Shown here: piece by piece, positions 9,962 through 21,037 of the stretch
Layout: each line of letters opens with the position of its first letter
How positions within the stretch are numbered: the stretch's first letter is position 1
NCBI RefSeq assembly: GCF_000027325.1
Contig: NC_000908.2
Location: 180,001 to 212,000, forward strand
Direction of reading: 5' to 3'
Origin: Mycoplasmoides genitalium G37
Lineage (GTDB): Bacteria; Bacillota_I; Bacilli_A; Mycoplasmatales; Mycoplasmoidaceae
DNA length: 32,000 nt
Program-made: the position numbers and the translations under genes
Notes under the pieces: model-generated
The model's input: the letters and a program-made list of their open reading frames with translations, nothing else
What the model was told of the DNA's origin: nothing
Database searches by the model: none

Positions 9962-9970
9962 TGCTACAAT
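9962..9970 (+). promoter_or_regulatory. Candidate extended -10 promoter (TGcTACAAT) for the ribosomal super-operon
   Basis: TG at 9962-9963 and TACAAT at 9965-9970 lie in the only sizeable gap (89 nt) upstream of rpsJ. This implies a leader of about 70 nt. Confidence 0.45.
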
Positions 9971-10039
9971 CATAACGCTTTAGTTTTTAGTTGATACACC
10001 AAAATCCGTAGTCAATTTATTAACTAACTAGTGAACTAG

Positions 10040-10366
<327 letters not shown>

Positions 10367-10369
10367 GTT

Positions 10370-11143
10370 ATGGATGTAAGGGGAATATTTGGTGTTAAAG
10401 TAGGGATGAGTCAGATCTTTACTGAGCAAAATGAGTGCTTACCTATCACCATTGTTTATTGTGAAGCTAATCAGGTGGCTGGGATTAAAACGATTGCTAA
10501 AGATAATTACAACGCCACTCTATTAAGCTTTCAAACTGTTGATGAAAAACAACTTAACAAACCTAAACAAGGGTTCTTTTCCAAACTTAAACTAGAACCT
10601 CATAAATATCTGAGGGAAATCAGAAAGATGCAAGGGTTTGAGTTAGGTAAGAAGATCACCCCCCAGGAGTTGTTTAAGATAGGTGAATATGTTGATGTCA
10701 CTTCACTCACCAAAGGTAGGGGTTTTACAGGAGCGATTAAAAGGTGAAACTTTAAGATAGGTCCTTTGGGTCATGGGGCGGGTTATCCCCACCGCTTTCA
10801 GGGTTCTGTGCAAGCAGGTAGAGGTGGTAGTAGTGCGCAGCGTGTTTTTAAGGGTAAGAAGATGTCTGGGCATTATGGTCATGAACAAGTTACGATCCAA
10901 AACCTCTTTATTGTTGGCTTTGATGAAATCAATAAGTTAGTGTTAGTTTCAGGCGCAATTGCTGGTCCTGAGGGTGGGATTGTTTTAATTAAAACTGCAA
11001 AAAAGAAAACTGGCAAGATAAAAGATATAAAGTTAGCAGTACAAACTGTTAAAGCCCCACAACTAAAAGCACCAAAAAAGCAGAAAACTAAGGTTGAAAC
11101 CAACCAGGTTAACCCAAAAATTGAAGAAGAGAAAACTAAGTAA
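10370..11143 (+). CDS. rplC: 50S ribosomal protein L3 (with Lys-rich C-terminal extension)
   Basis: Track ORFs 10370..10747 and 10766..11143 share a frame. TGA 10745 falls on the conserved Trp of the L3 motif KRWNF. The N-terminus GIFGVKVGMSQIF is typical of L3. Length 257 aa. Confidence 0.97.
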
Positions 11144-11778
11144 TGGCTAAACTTAAAGTAATCCAGTTTGATGGTAGTTTTAAAGGTGAGATCCAACCTG
11201 CTAACCACCTCCTTTTAAAAAAAGCAGTGATCCAACCAGTGTTTGATGCTATCTTATTAGAACAAGCAGCATGTAGACAAGGCACTCACTCTACTTTAAC
11301 TAAGGGTGAAGTTAGTGGTGGGGGTAAAAAACCATATAAACAAAAGCACACTGGTAAAGCTAGACAGGGTTCAATAAGAAACCCCCATTATGTGGGGGGT
11401 GGTGTTGTTTTTGGTCCTAAACCCAACCGTAACTACAAACTAAAACTAAACAAAAAGGCTTATCAACTTGCTTTAACTAGTGCCTTTGCACAAAAGCTTA
11501 ACAACAACCAAGTGATAGTTGCTGAAGCCAAGTTGTTTGAACAAACCAATGCCAAAACTAAAAAGATGCTGACGTTTCTCAAGAATGCCAAACTAACTGA
11601 GCAAAAACTCTTGTTTGTGATTGATACTATCTCAAAACCACTGTTGTTGAGTACTAACAACCTAAAGCAGATAGTAGTCAAACAGTTTAATAAAGTATCA
11701 GTAAGAGATCTACTTTTAGCTAAAACTATCATCATTGAAAAAGCTGCTTTTACAAAACTGGAGGAACGACTTAAATAG
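11143..11778 (+). CDS. rplD: 50S ribosomal protein L4
   Basis: 211 aa. GGGKKPYKQKHTGKARQGSIRNPHYVGGGVVFGPKP is the L4 signature. The position in the operon fits. Confidence 0.97.
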   Translation: MAKLKVIQFDGSFKGEIQPANHLLLKKAVIQPVFDAILLEQAACRQGTHSTLTKGEVSGGGKKPYKQKHTGKARQGSIRNPHYVGGGVVFGPKPNRNYKLKLNKKAYQLALTSAFAQKLNNNQVIVAEAKLFEQTNAKTKKMLTFLKNAKLTEQKLLFVIDTISKPLLLSTNNLKQIVVKQFNKVSVRDLLLAKTIIIEKAAFTKLEERLK

Positions 11779-11781
11779 GCT

Positions 11782-12102
11782 ATGGATGTAACCAACATAC
11801 TCTTAAAACCAGTCTTAACTGAAAAGAGTTATCTCAACCAGATGGGGGAATTGAAAAAATATGTCTTTGCAATTAACCCTAAAGCTACTAAAACCAAAGT
11901 AAAACTAGCGTTTGAAATTATCTATGGGGTTAAACCTTTAAAGATTAACACGCTAATTAGAAAACCAGTGACCATTAGAAATGGCACTAAATACCCTGGG
12001 TTTAGTAAGCTAGCAAAACTAGCAGTAATCACCTTACCTAAGGGAATGGATATTGCCATTACTGGTGAGAAAACAACCAAGAAAGAAACAAAGGATCAAT
12101 AA
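11782..12102 (+). CDS. rplW: 50S ribosomal protein L23
   Basis: 106 aa. [12 protein letters not shown]...[26 protein letters not shown] is the L23 pattern. The position in the operon fits. Confidence 0.95.
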
Positions 12103-12959
12103 TGGCAATTAAAAAGATTATTAGTCGTTCTAACAGTGGGATTCACAACGCCACTGTCATTGACTTTAAAAAACTCCTTACCAATTCCAAACCCGAAAAG
12201 TCGCTTTTAGTTACTTTAAAAAAACATGCAGGAAGAAACAACCAGGGCAAGATCACTGTTCGCCACCACGGTGGGAGACATAAACGTAAGTACCGTTTAA
12301 TTGATTTTAAGCGTTACCACTATGACAATTTAAAAGCAACTGTTAAATCGATTGAATATGATCCTAACCGCAGTTGTTTTATCTCCCTTTTACACTATCA
12401 GAATGGGGTTAAAACTTACATCATTAGTCCTGATGGGATTAAGGTTGGTGATCAAGTTTATTCATCTGATCATGCCATTGATATCAAACTAGGTTATTGT
12501 ATGCCCCTTGCTTTTATCCCTGAAGGAACCCAAGTTCATAACATTGAACTTAACCCTAAGGGTGGGGGTAAGATAGCAAGAAGTGCTGGAAGTTATGCGA
12601 GGATCTTGGGTCAAGATGAGACTGGTAAATACATCATTCTCCAGTTAATCTCAGGGGAAACTAGGAAGTTTTTAAAGGAGTGTAGAGCTACAGTTGGTGT
12701 TGTCTCTAACTTAGATCATAACCTTGTTGTAATTGGTAAAGCAGGGAGAAGTCGTCATAAGGGAATCAGACCAACGGTTAGAGGTTCAGCAATGAACCCT
12801 AATGACCACCCGCATGGGGGTGGGGAAGGGAGAAGCCCAGTTGGCAGAGATGCACCAAGAACCCCTTGGGGCAAACGCCATATGGGTGTGAAAACACGTA
12901 ACATGAAAAAACATTCAACTAACCTGATTATTAGAAACAGAAAAGGAGAACAATACTAA
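12102..12959 (+). CDS. rplB: 50S ribosomal protein L2
   Basis: 285 aa. [19 protein letters not shown] and [17 protein letters not shown] are L2 signatures. Confidence 0.98.
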   Translation: MAIKKIISRSNSGIHNATVIDFKKLLTNSKPEKSLLVTLKKHAGRNNQGKITVRHHGGRHKRKYRLIDFKRYHYDNLKATVKSIEYDPNRSCFISLLHYQNGVKTYIISPDGIKVGDQVYSSDHAIDIKLGYCMPLAFIPEGTQVHNIELNPKGGGKIARSAGSYARILGQDETGKYIILQLISGETRKFLKECRATVGVVSNLDHNLVVIGKAGRSRHKGIRPTVRGSAMNPNDHPHGGGEGRSPVGRDAPRTPWGKRHMGVKTRNMKKHSTNLIIRNRKGEQY

Positions 12960-13222
12960 TGTCAAGAAGTAGTAAAAAGGGCGCATTTGTTGATGCTCAC
13001 CTCTTAAAAAAAGTGATTGAAATGAACAAACAAGCCAAGAAAAAACCAATTAAGACTTGGTCAAGAAGAAGTACTATCTTCCCTGAGTTTGTGGGTAACA
13101 CCTTCAGTGTGCATAACGGTAAAACCTTTATTAATGTTTATGTTACTGATGATATGGTAGGTCATAAGTTGGGTGAGTTTTCCCCAACTAGAAACTTTAA
13201 ACAACACACTGCTAACCGTTAG
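12959..13222 (+). CDS. rpsS: 30S ribosomal protein S19
   Basis: 87 aa. [12 protein letters not shown]...[23 protein letters not shown]...GHKLGEF. Confidence 0.98.
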   Translation: MSRSSKKGAFVDAHLLKKVIEMNKQAKKKPIKTWSRRSTIFPEFVGNTFSVHNGKTFINVYVTDDMVGHKLGEFSPTRNFKQHTANR

Positions 13223-13224
13223 TT

Positions 13225-13659
13225 ATGATTGCTTTTGCTAAACAATACAGAGTTCACATCTCCCCCCAAAAAGCACGGTTAGTGTGCCAGTTAATTGTGG
13301 GTAAGAAGATTAATGATGCGCAAAACATCCTTTTAAATACGCCAAAGAAAGCTGCTTACTTTTTAACTAAGTTACTAAATAGTGCGATTAGTAATGCCAC
13401 TAATAACCACGGGATGAGCGGGGATCTTTTGTATGTATTTGAATGTGTTGCTAACCAAGGACCTAGCATGAAAAGAACAATCGCTAGAGCCAAAGGTTCA
13501 GGGAGTGTTTTAACCAAGCGTTCTTCAAACCTAGTTATTAAGTTATCTGATAATCCCAATGAAAGAAAATTACTCTTAACCCAACAAAAGGAACTGGTGA
13601 AAAAAAGAACAATGGGTCATAAAAAAGAGAAAGCAAAGCAAAAGCAAAAACAACAATAA
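13225..13659 (+). CDS. rplV: 50S ribosomal protein L22 (C-terminal Lys-rich extension)
   Basis: 144 aa. RVHISPQKARLVCQLIVGKKINDAQNIL...RAKGSGSVLTKRSSNLVIKL, followed by the tail ...KKEKAKQKQKQQ. Confidence 0.96.
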   Translation: MIAFAKQYRVHISPQKARLVCQLIVGKKINDAQNILLNTPKKAAYFLTKLLNSAISNATNNHGMSGDLLYVFECVANQGPSMKRTIARAKGSGSVLTKRSSNLVIKLSDNPNERKLLLTQQKELVKKRTMGHKKEKAKQKQKQQ

Positions 13660-13661
13660 CT

Positions 13662-14468
13662 ATGGGACAAAAAGTAAATTCAAACGGCTTAAGGTTTGGC
13701 ATTAATAAGAACTGGATCTCACGGTGAACTGCCAGTTCCAACCAACAAACAGCAACCTGATTAGTACAAGATGAGAAGATCCGTAACCTCTTTTTTATCA
13801 ACTATCGCAACGCTCAGGTGTCTAATGTTGAGATAGAAAGAACCCAAACGACTGTTGATGTTTATGTCTATGCAGCTCAACCTGCTTTATTGATAGGCAG
13901 TGAAAACAAAAACATCCAAAAGATTACCAAAATGATCCAAATCATTGTGGGCAGAAAGATTAAACTTGATCTTACTATCAATGAGATCGGCTCTCCGATG
14001 TTATCAAGTAGGATCATTGCCCGTGATATTGCTAATGCGATTGAAAACAGAGTACCACTCCGTTCAGCAATGCGCCAAGCTCTAACCAAGGTTTTAAAAG
14101 CAGGTGCTAATGGGATTAAGGTATTGGTATCAGGCAGATTAAATGGGGCGGAAATTGCCCGTGACAAGATGTATATTGAGGGCAATATGCCTCTTTCAAC
14201 TTTAAGAGCAGATATTGACTATGCCTTTGAAAAAGCAAAAACCACCTATGGCATTATTGGGGTGAAAGTATGGATTAACAGGGGGATGATCTATGCAAAG
14301 GGTTTAAACAGAACCCCAGCACACATCCTCCATCCCCAAAAGAAACAGCTAAAAACCCCAACTATCAAAAAAACCAATTCAGTAATAGCAAAACAAAAAC
14401 TCACTGGTAGTGATATTGAAACTGCTAGTTTAAAAGCACTTACTGATAATAATCAAAACCACGAATAG
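13662..14468 (+). CDS. rpsC: 30S ribosomal protein S3 (C-terminal extension)
   Basis: ATG 13662 begins [22 protein letters not shown](TGA 13725)[11 protein letters not shown](TGA 13758)LVQDE, in frame with track ORF 13818..14468 (268 aa). The W-x-S-x-W pattern matches the S3 N-terminus. Confidence 0.97.
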
Positions 14469-14473
14469 TTAAG

Positions 14474-14890
14474 ATGTTACAACCAAAAAGAACCAAATAC
14501 AGAAAACCACATAACGTCAGTTATGAAGGACACACTAAGGGCAATGGTTATGTTGCTTTTGGTGAGTATGGAATTGTTGCTACTAAGGGTAATTGGATCG
14601 ATGCGAGAGCAATTGAATCAGCGCGGGTTGCTATCTCAAAGTGCTTGGGTAAAACTGGAAAGATGTGAATCAGGATCTTCCCCCACATGTCAAAAACCAA
14701 AAAACCCTTAGAAGTGAGGATGGGTTCAGGGAAAGGTAACCCTGAATTTTGGGTTGCTGTTGTTAAAAAGGGGACAGTGATGTTTGAAGTTGCTAACATC
14801 CCTGAACAACAGATGATCAAAGCCTTAACAAGAGCAGGCCATAAACTCCCTGTTACCTGAAAACTAATGAAAAGAGAGGAGAACAGTTAA
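14474..14890 (+). CDS. rplP: 50S ribosomal protein L16
   Basis: [13 protein letters not shown]...GKMW(TGA 14666)IRIFPH...[21 protein letters not shown]...LPVTW(TGA 14858)KLMKREENS, stop TAA 14888-14890. Length 138 aa. Confidence 0.97.
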
Positions 14891-15492
14891 TGACAATCGC
14901 TAAGGAGCTGAAGCAAAAGAGCAACGAAGAGTTAGTGAAACTAGTAATTAAGCTTAAGGGTGAACTCTTAGAATACCGCTTTAAACTTGCCCATGGTGAA
15001 CTTGACAAACCCCATCTGATTGCCAAGGTGAGAAAGTTATTAGCAGTTGTACTTACTATTCTCACTGAACGCAAACTCAACTGACAAGTTGAAAAAGATA
15101 AGTACAAGTTACTTTCAAGAAAAACCAATGAACTTATTGTTAACAGTTGAAAGCAAAAACTATCAACTAAACCTGAATCCAAACAAGAAACTAAAAAGGC
15201 TGAAGTTAAACCTAAGGTTGAATCAAAGCCTGAATCCAAACAAGAAACTAAAAAGGCTGAAGTTAAACCTTTAAAACAAGAAACTAAAAAAGTTGAAGTT
15301 AAACCTAAAGTTGAACCAAAACCTTTAAAACAAGAAACTAAAAAGGTTGAAGCTAGGATTGAAACTAAGACTAAAGTTGAATCAAAACCTTTAAAACAAG
15401 AAGTTAAAAAGGTTGAAGCTAAAAAATCTGTTTCAAAACCCCAAAAACCAGTTAAAGCCAAAATGATTAAAACAAAGGAGAAAAAACAATAA
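14890..15492 (+). CDS. rpmC: 50S ribosomal protein L29 with a ~135-aa Lys/Glu-rich repeat C-terminal extension
   Basis: The L29 core is [49 protein letters not shown]. The frame continues through TGA 15082 and 15148 into KPESKQETKKAEVKP-type repeats, ending at TAA 15490-15492. Length 200 aa. Confidence 0.9.
15172..15420 (+). repeat. In-frame tandem repeats inside rpmC
   Basis: A perfect 42-nt direct repeat cctgaatccaaacaagaaactaaaaaggctgaagttaaacct occurs at 15172-15213 and 15229-15270. Three degenerate copies of cctttaaaacaagaa(a/g)(c/t)taaaaa(a/g)gttgaag start at 15268, 15322 and 15388. All periods are multiples of 3. Confidence 0.9.
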
Positions 15493-15749
15493 TGAAGCGC
15501 AACCAACGTAAGCAGTTAATTGGCACAGTTGTTAGCACCAAAAATGCTAAAACAGCAACTGTCAAAGTAACATCACGCTTTAAACATCCTTTGTATCACA
15601 AATCAGTTATTCGCCATAAAAAGTACCATGTCCATAACTTTGGTGAACTTGTTGCTAATGATGGTGATAGGGTACAAATTATTGAAACAAGACCCCTTTC
15701 CGCTTTAAAGCGGTGAAGGATTGTCAAAATCATTGAAAGAGCAAAATAG
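15492..15749 (+). CDS. rpsQ: 30S ribosomal protein S17
   Basis: MKRNQRKQLIGTVVSTKNAKTATVKV...HKKYHVHN...GDRVQIIETRPLSALKRW(TGA 15714)RIVKIIERAK, stop TAG 15747-15749. Length 85 aa. Confidence 0.96.
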
Positions 15750-15752
15750 TTT

Positions 15753-16121
15753 ATGGTTAGTTTTATGACAAGATTAAATGTAGCTGATAATACAGGCGCT
15801 AAGCAAGTAGGTATTATCAAAGTTTTAGGTGCTACATACAAACGTTATGCATTCCTTGGTGATGTTGTTGTTGTATCAGTTAAAGATGCAATCCCTAATG
15901 GCATGGTTAAAAAGGGTCAAGTGTTAAGAGCAGTCATTGTTAGAACCAAAAAGGGACAACAACGCCAAGATGGTACCCACCTAAAGTTCCATGACAATGC
16001 TTGTGTGCTTATCAAAGAAGATAAATCCCCAAGGGGAACAAGAATCTTTGGACCAGTTGCTAGAGAGTTGAGAGAAAAAGGTTACAACAAGATTTTAAGC
16101 TTGGCGGTGGAGGTTGTTTAA
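15753..16121 (+). CDS. rplN: 50S ribosomal protein L14
   Basis: 122 aa. [21 protein letters not shown]...AVIVRTKK...[14 protein letters not shown]. Confidence 0.98.
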   Translation: MVSFMTRLNVADNTGAKQVGIIKVLGATYKRYAFLGDVVVVSVKDAIPNGMVKKGQVLRAVIVRTKKGQQRQDGTHLKFHDNACVLIKEDKSPRGTRIFGPVARELREKGYNKILSLAVEVV

Positions 16122-16447
16122 TGCAAAGGATTAGAAAAGGTGATAAGGTAGTTGTGATCACTGGTAAAAACAAGGGTGGTAGTGGGATAGTGCTTAAGGT
16201 ATTAACCAAGCAAAACAAAGCGATTGTTGAGGGGATCAATAAGGTTACTGTTCACAAAAAAGAACAAGTCAACAAGCGCAGCAAACAAACAAACCCAACT
16301 ACTAAAGAAGCCCCTTTACCATTAAATAAACTTGCTTTATTTGATCAGAAGGCCAAACAGCAAACAATTGGCAAGATCAAATACCAAATTGATCCTAAAA
16401 CCAAACAAAAAACAAGAGTCTTTAAGAAGACTAATAATGCCATTTAA
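16121..16447 (+). CDS. rplX: 50S ribosomal protein L24
   Basis: 108 aa. [27 protein letters not shown] is the KOW motif. The position in the operon fits. Confidence 0.96.
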
Positions 16448-16452
16448 CTGTT

Positions 16453-16995
16453 ATGAATAACCTTGAAAAAACCTATAAAACTGAGTTAGTTAATCAACTC
16501 CAACAACAGTTGGGCTTTTCTTCCATTATGCAAGTCCCTAAGTTAACAAAAATCGTTGTTAACATGGGAGTTGGGGATGCAATTAGAGACAACAAGTTCC
16601 TTGAATCAGCACTAAATGAACTGCACCTGATTACTGGTCAAAAACCCGTTGCTACTAAAGCTAAGAATGCTATCTCAACTTACAAGTTACGTGCTGGCCA
16701 ATTAATTGGTTGTAAAGTTACTCTAAGAAATAAAAAGATGTGATCCTTTCTGGAAAAATTAATCTATATTGCTCTGCCCAGAGTAAGGGACTTTCGCGGT
16801 TTATCACTGCGCTCTTTTGATGGGAAAGGTAACTATACGATTGGCATTAAAGAACAGATTATCTTCCCTGAAATTGTCTATGATGATATCAAAAGAATTA
16901 GGGGTTTTGACATCACTATTGTCACTTCCACCAACAAAGATAGTGAAGCACTTGCTTTACTGAGAGCACTAAAGATGCCGTTTGTAAAAGAATAG
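16453..16995 (+). CDS. rplE: 50S ribosomal protein L5
   Basis: Track ORF 16453..16743 continues through TGA 16741 ([25 protein letters not shown]...) to TAG 16993-16995. Length 180 aa. Confidence 0.97.
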
Positions 16996-16997
16996 AT

Positions 16998-17180
16998 ATG
17001 GCTAAAAAATCATTAAAAGTAAAACAATCCCGTCCCAATAAGTTTAGTGTACGCGACTACACCAGGTGTTTAAGGTGTGGGCGTGCTAGAGCAGTGTTAA
17101 GCCACTTTGGTGTGTGTAGGTTGTGTTTCCGTGAACTTGCTTATGCAGGAGCAATCCCAGGAGTTAAAAAAGCATCATGA
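16998..17180 (+). CDS. rpsN: 30S ribosomal protein S14, type Z (zinc-ribbon form)
   Basis: 60 aa. [23 protein letters not shown] carries the CxxC...CxxC motif of short S14. Confidence 0.96.
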   Translation: MAKKSLKVKQSRPNKFSVRDYTRCLRCGRARAVLSHFGVCRLCFRELAYAGAIPGVKKAS

Positions 17181-17602
17181 TAATCAATAAAGTTCCCAAA
17201 GCCCATTTTGATCCAGTTTCTGATCTTTTCACTAAGATCAACAATGCTAGAAAAGCTAAGCTTTTAACTGTTACCACCATCGCTTCTAAGTTAAAGATAG
17301 CTATCTTAGAGATTTTGATTAAAGAGGGCTATTTAGCTAACTATCAGGTGTTGGAAAATAAAACTAAAACCAAAAAACTAGTTAGTTTCACATTAAAATA
17401 CACCCAAAGAAGGATATGTTCTATTAATGGGGTGAAACAGATCTCAAAACCAGGATTAAGAATCTATCGTTCCTTTGAAAAACTTCCCCTTGTTTTAAAT
17501 GGTCTTGGTATTGCAATTATCTCCACTAGTGATGGAGTGATGACTGATAAAGTAGCAAGGTTAAAGAAGATTGGTGGGGAGATTTTAGCTTACGTTTGGT
17601 AA
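17177..17602 (+). CDS. rpsH: 30S ribosomal protein S8
   Basis: 141 aa. [17 protein letters not shown]...ISKPGLRIY...[31 protein letters not shown]. The start has an ATGA overlap with rpsN. Confidence 0.97.
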   Translation: MIINKVPKAHFDPVSDLFTKINNARKAKLLTVTTIASKLKIAILEILIKEGYLANYQVLENKTKTKKLVSFTLKYTQRRICSINGVKQISKPGLRIYRSFEKLPLVLNGLGIAIISTSDGVMTDKVARLKKIGGEILAYVW

Positions 17603-17608
17603 AAAATT

Positions 17609-18163
17609 ATGTCAAAAATAGGAAATAGATCAATCAAAATTGATCCTAGTAAAGTGAGTTTAATGCAAACAACAACACTGCTTACTATTAAAGGACCATT
17701 AGGGGAAAACACCATTAAACTACCCAAAAACTTACCCTTAAAGTTTGTTGTTGAAAATGACACTATTAAAGTAACTAATAACAACAACTTAAAACAAACT
17801 AAGATCTTACACGGTACTTTCAATGCGTTAGTTAACAACGCAGTTATTGGGGTTACCAAGGGTTTTGAAAAGAAACTCATCCTAGTTGGGGTTGGTTATC
17901 GTGCTAATGTGGAAGGGCAATTTCTCAACTTACAATTGGGCTATTCCCATCCTATTAAGGAGTTGATCCCAAACCAACTTACTGTTAAAGTAGAGAAGAA
18001 CACTGAAATCACCATTAGTGGAATAAAAAAAGAGTTAGTAGGTCAGTTTGCCACTGAAATCAGAAAGTGAAGAAAACCTGAGCCTTATAAGGGTAAAGGG
18101 GTACTTTACTTTAACGAAGTAATTGTTAGAAAACAAGGTAAAACTGCAGAGGGCAAGAAATAA
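17609..18163 (+). CDS. rplF: 50S ribosomal protein L6
   Basis: [11 protein letters not shown]...[20 protein letters not shown], continuing through TGA 18068 ([20 protein letters not shown]) to TAA 18161-18163. Length 184 aa. Confidence 0.97.
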
Positions 18164-18164
18164 G

Positions 18165-18512
18165 ATGACAAGAAACGATAAAAGAAGGATTAGACACAAA
18201 CGGATTGTCAAAAAGATTAGGTTAACTAACCTTAACAACAGGGTTGTACTAATTGTTATCAAGAGTTTAAAAAACATCTCGGTTCAAGCTTGGGACTTTA
18301 GTAAGAACGTTGTTTTAACATCAAGTTCCTCACTTCAACTAAAATTAAAAAATGGCAACAAGGAGAATGCTAAACTAGTGGGAATGGATATTGCAACCAA
18401 ACTCATCAAACTAAACCAAAAGGATGTGGTTTTTGATACTGGGGGTAGTAAGTACCATGGTAGGATTGCTGCTTTAGCAGAAGGAGCGCGAGCTAAGGGT
18501 TTAAATTTTTAA
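18165..18512 (+). CDS. rplR: 50S ribosomal protein L18
   Basis: ATG 18165 gives [19 protein letters not shown]...[28 protein letters not shown] (115 aa). The upstream extension in the track (from 18123) overlaps rplF and is not L18-like. Confidence 0.95.
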   Translation: MTRNDKRRIRHKRIVKKIRLTNLNNRVVLIVIKSLKNISVQAWDFSKNVVLTSSSSLQLKLKNGNKENAKLVGMDIATKLIKLNQKDVVFDTGGSKYHGRIAALAEGARAKGLNF

Positions 18513-18516
18513 AGCT

Positions 18517-19152
18517 ATGAATGATCAAAAAACTACTAACACTGGCTTGTTAACTTCCACTCTTAAAACCAAGCCCAAACACAACCTTAAACCTTCCAGT
18601 GAAGCCATTAAAAAAGCAGTGTCCAAAAAGGAAGGTCATTACAAAAACAAGCGCTTTCAAAAACATAACTTTAATAACAAAAGTGAGTTTGAAGAGAGGA
18701 TTGTCAAACTCAAACGGATCTCCAAAACCACAAAAGGTGGGAGAAACATGCGCTTTAGTGTCCTTGTTGTTGTTGGTAACAAAAAGGGCAAGGTTGGTTA
18801 TGGGATTGCTAAGGCATTGGAAGTACCACTTGCCATTAAAAAAGCGATTAAAAAAGCCCATAACTCCATTCATACAGTAGAGATCCATAAGGGTTCAATC
18901 TACCACGAAGTGATTGGTAGAAAAGGTGCATCTAAGGTGTTGTTAAAACCTGCACCTTTAGGAACTGGGATCATTGCTGGGGGAGCGATCCGTGCAATTG
19001 TAGAGTTAGCTGGTTTTAGTGATATCTATACCAAGAACTTGGGAAGAAACACCCCCATTAACATGATCCATGCCACTATGGATGGGATCTTAAAGCAACT
19101 CTCACCCAAAAAAGTGGCATTATTAAGAAATAAACCAATTAGTGATCTATAA
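18517..19152 (+). CDS. rpsE: 30S ribosomal protein S5 (~50-aa N-terminal extension)
   Basis: 211 aa. The S5 core [53 protein letters not shown] is preceded by a basic extension. Confidence 0.97.
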   Translation: MNDQKTTNTGLLTSTLKTKPKHNLKPSSEAIKKAVSKKEGHYKNKRFQKHNFNNKSEFEERIVKLKRISKTTKGGRNMRFSVLVVVGNKKGKVGYGIAKALEVPLAIKKAIKKAHNSIHTVEIHKGSIYHEVIGRKGASKVLLKPAPLGTGIIAGGAIRAIVELAGFSDIYTKNLGRNTPINMIHATMDGILKQLSPKKVALLRNKPISDL

Positions 19153-19157
19153 AAACA

Positions 19158-19610
19158 ATGGAACTACACCAATTAAAAAGTGTCTCTAAAAGCCGTAACC
19201 ACAAGTCCAAAGTGGTAGGTAGGGGCCATGGCTCGGGATTAGGTAAAACATCATCACGTGGTCAAAAGGGACAAAAAGCAAGAAAATCAGGTTTAACTAG
19301 GTTAGGTTTTGAAGGGGGACAAACACCCCTTTACCGCCGGTTGCCTAAGTATGGGGTTGCTAACAAAGGGATCTTAAAAAAAAGGTGGGTTGTTTTAAAT
19401 TTGAACAAAGTTGCTAAACTCAATCTCAAAACAGTTACTAGAGCAACTTTGATTGAAAAAAAGGTAATTAGTAAAAAAAATAACCTCCCTTTGAAGTTAA
19501 TTGGGAACACAAAACTCACTACTCCCATCCACTTTGAAGTGCAAAAAATCTCCAAAAATGCTTTAAATGCAGTGCAAACTAGCAAAGGTAGTGTGAAAAT
19601 TATCACCTAA
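19158..19610 (+). CDS. rplO: 50S ribosomal protein L15
   Basis: 150 aa. [45 protein letters not shown]. Confidence 0.97.
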
Positions 19611-21037
19611 TGCAAACTGTTTCTTCACCCAAACAAAAACTTAACTTTGGTCAAAGGTTACTAACTCTATTACAGAACCGTGACTTTATGGTGTCGCTGG
19701 TTTTAACAGTGGTACTTTTAATCTTGTTTAGGGTGTTAGCAATTATCCCCTTACCAGGGATTAGGATTAATGAGAGTGTCTTGGATAGAAATTCCAATGA
19801 CTTTTTTTCACTTTTTAACTTACTTGGGGGTGGGGGATTAAACCAGCTATCGTTGTTTGCAGTTGGGATCAGTCCTTATATCTCAGCCCAAATCATCATG
19901 CAACTGCTTTCAACTGATCTAATTCCTCCACTTTCAAAGCTAGTTAACAGTGGGGAAGTGGGGCGAAGAAAGATTGAGATGATCACAAGAATTATCACCT
20001 TACCCTTTGCTTTAGTGCAAGCATTTGCTGTGATCCAAATTGCTACTAATGCAGGCACTGGTTCAAGTCCGATTAGTTTAGCTAATAGTGGCAGTGAGTT
20101 TATTGCTTTTTATATTATTGCTATGACTGCAGGGACTTATATGGCAGTGTTTTTGGGTGATACTATCTCCAAAAAAGGGGTTGGTAATGGGATTACTTTG
20201 TTAATTCTCTCAGGGATTTTATCCCAACTCCCCCAGGGCTTTATTGCTGCTTACAATGTTTTGAGTGGGATAGTAATTACTCTAACCCCACAGTTAACTG
20301 CAGCAATTAGCTTCTTTATCTATTTCTTAGCATTCTTAGTTTTACTGTTTGCCACTACCTTTATCACCCAAGCGACCAGAAAGATTCCCATCCAACAATC
20401 AGGACAAGGGTTGGTTAGTGAAGTCAAAACCTTACCTTATTTGCCTATTAAGGTGAATGCTGCTGGGGTGATCCCTGTCATCTTTGCATCCAGTATTATG
20501 TCTATCCCTGTGACCATTGCCCAGTTTCAACCCCAAACTGAGTCACGGTGGTTTGTGGAGGATTACCTATCACTTTCAACACCCGTAGGGATCTTTTTAT
20601 ATGCAGTTTTGGTTATCCTTTTTTCCTTTTTTTACAGTTACATCCAGATTAACCCAGAACGGTTAGCTAAGAACTTTGAAAAATCTGGCAGATTTATCCC
20701 AGGGATTCGACCGGGCAATGATACAGAGAAACACATTGCGCGGGTGTTAATAAGGATTAACTTTATAGGTGCTCCTTTTTTAACTGTTATTGCTATTATC
20801 CCTTACATTGTTTCTTATTTCATTAGGTTACCTAACTCCTTGAGTTTAGGGGGGACGGGGATTATTATTATTGTTACTGCTGTAGTTGAATTTATCAGTG
20901 CACTGCGTTCAGCTGCTACTGCTACTAACTACCAACAACTAAGGAGAAACTTAGCAATTGAAGTGCAACAAACAGCTAAACAAGATAGTCTAGAGCAGCT
21001 TCAAAAAGAAGCACCAGGGATTGGTAACCTATGGTAG
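19610..21037 (+). CDS. secY: Preprotein translocase subunit SecY
   Basis: 475 aa with 10 TM-like segments. [28 protein letters not shown] and GGTGIIIIV are SecY signatures. It sits after rplO as in the spc operon. Confidence 0.97.

Noticed and set aside
15172-15420. A CRISPR-like or satellite interpretation of the direct repeats
   Set aside because: The repeat periods (57, 54 and 66 nt) are multiples of 3 and in frame with rpmC. There are no unique spacers of regular size and no cas genes. This is a coding tandem repeat.
14853-15506. The longest minus-strand ORF (217 aa, repetitive LVSCFKGF/STLGLTS sequence)
   Set aside because: It is exactly antisense to the rpmC repeat tail and the end of rplP. 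Its repeats mirror the Lys/Glu repeats, and stop-poor antisense frames are expected there. It has no start context or independent signal.
18123-18164. An upstream TTG-initiated extension of L18 suggested by the ORF track
   Set aside because: It overlaps the 3' end of rplF and adds non-L18-like residues. ATG 18165, 1 nt after the rplF stop, gives the canonical basic L18 N-terminus.
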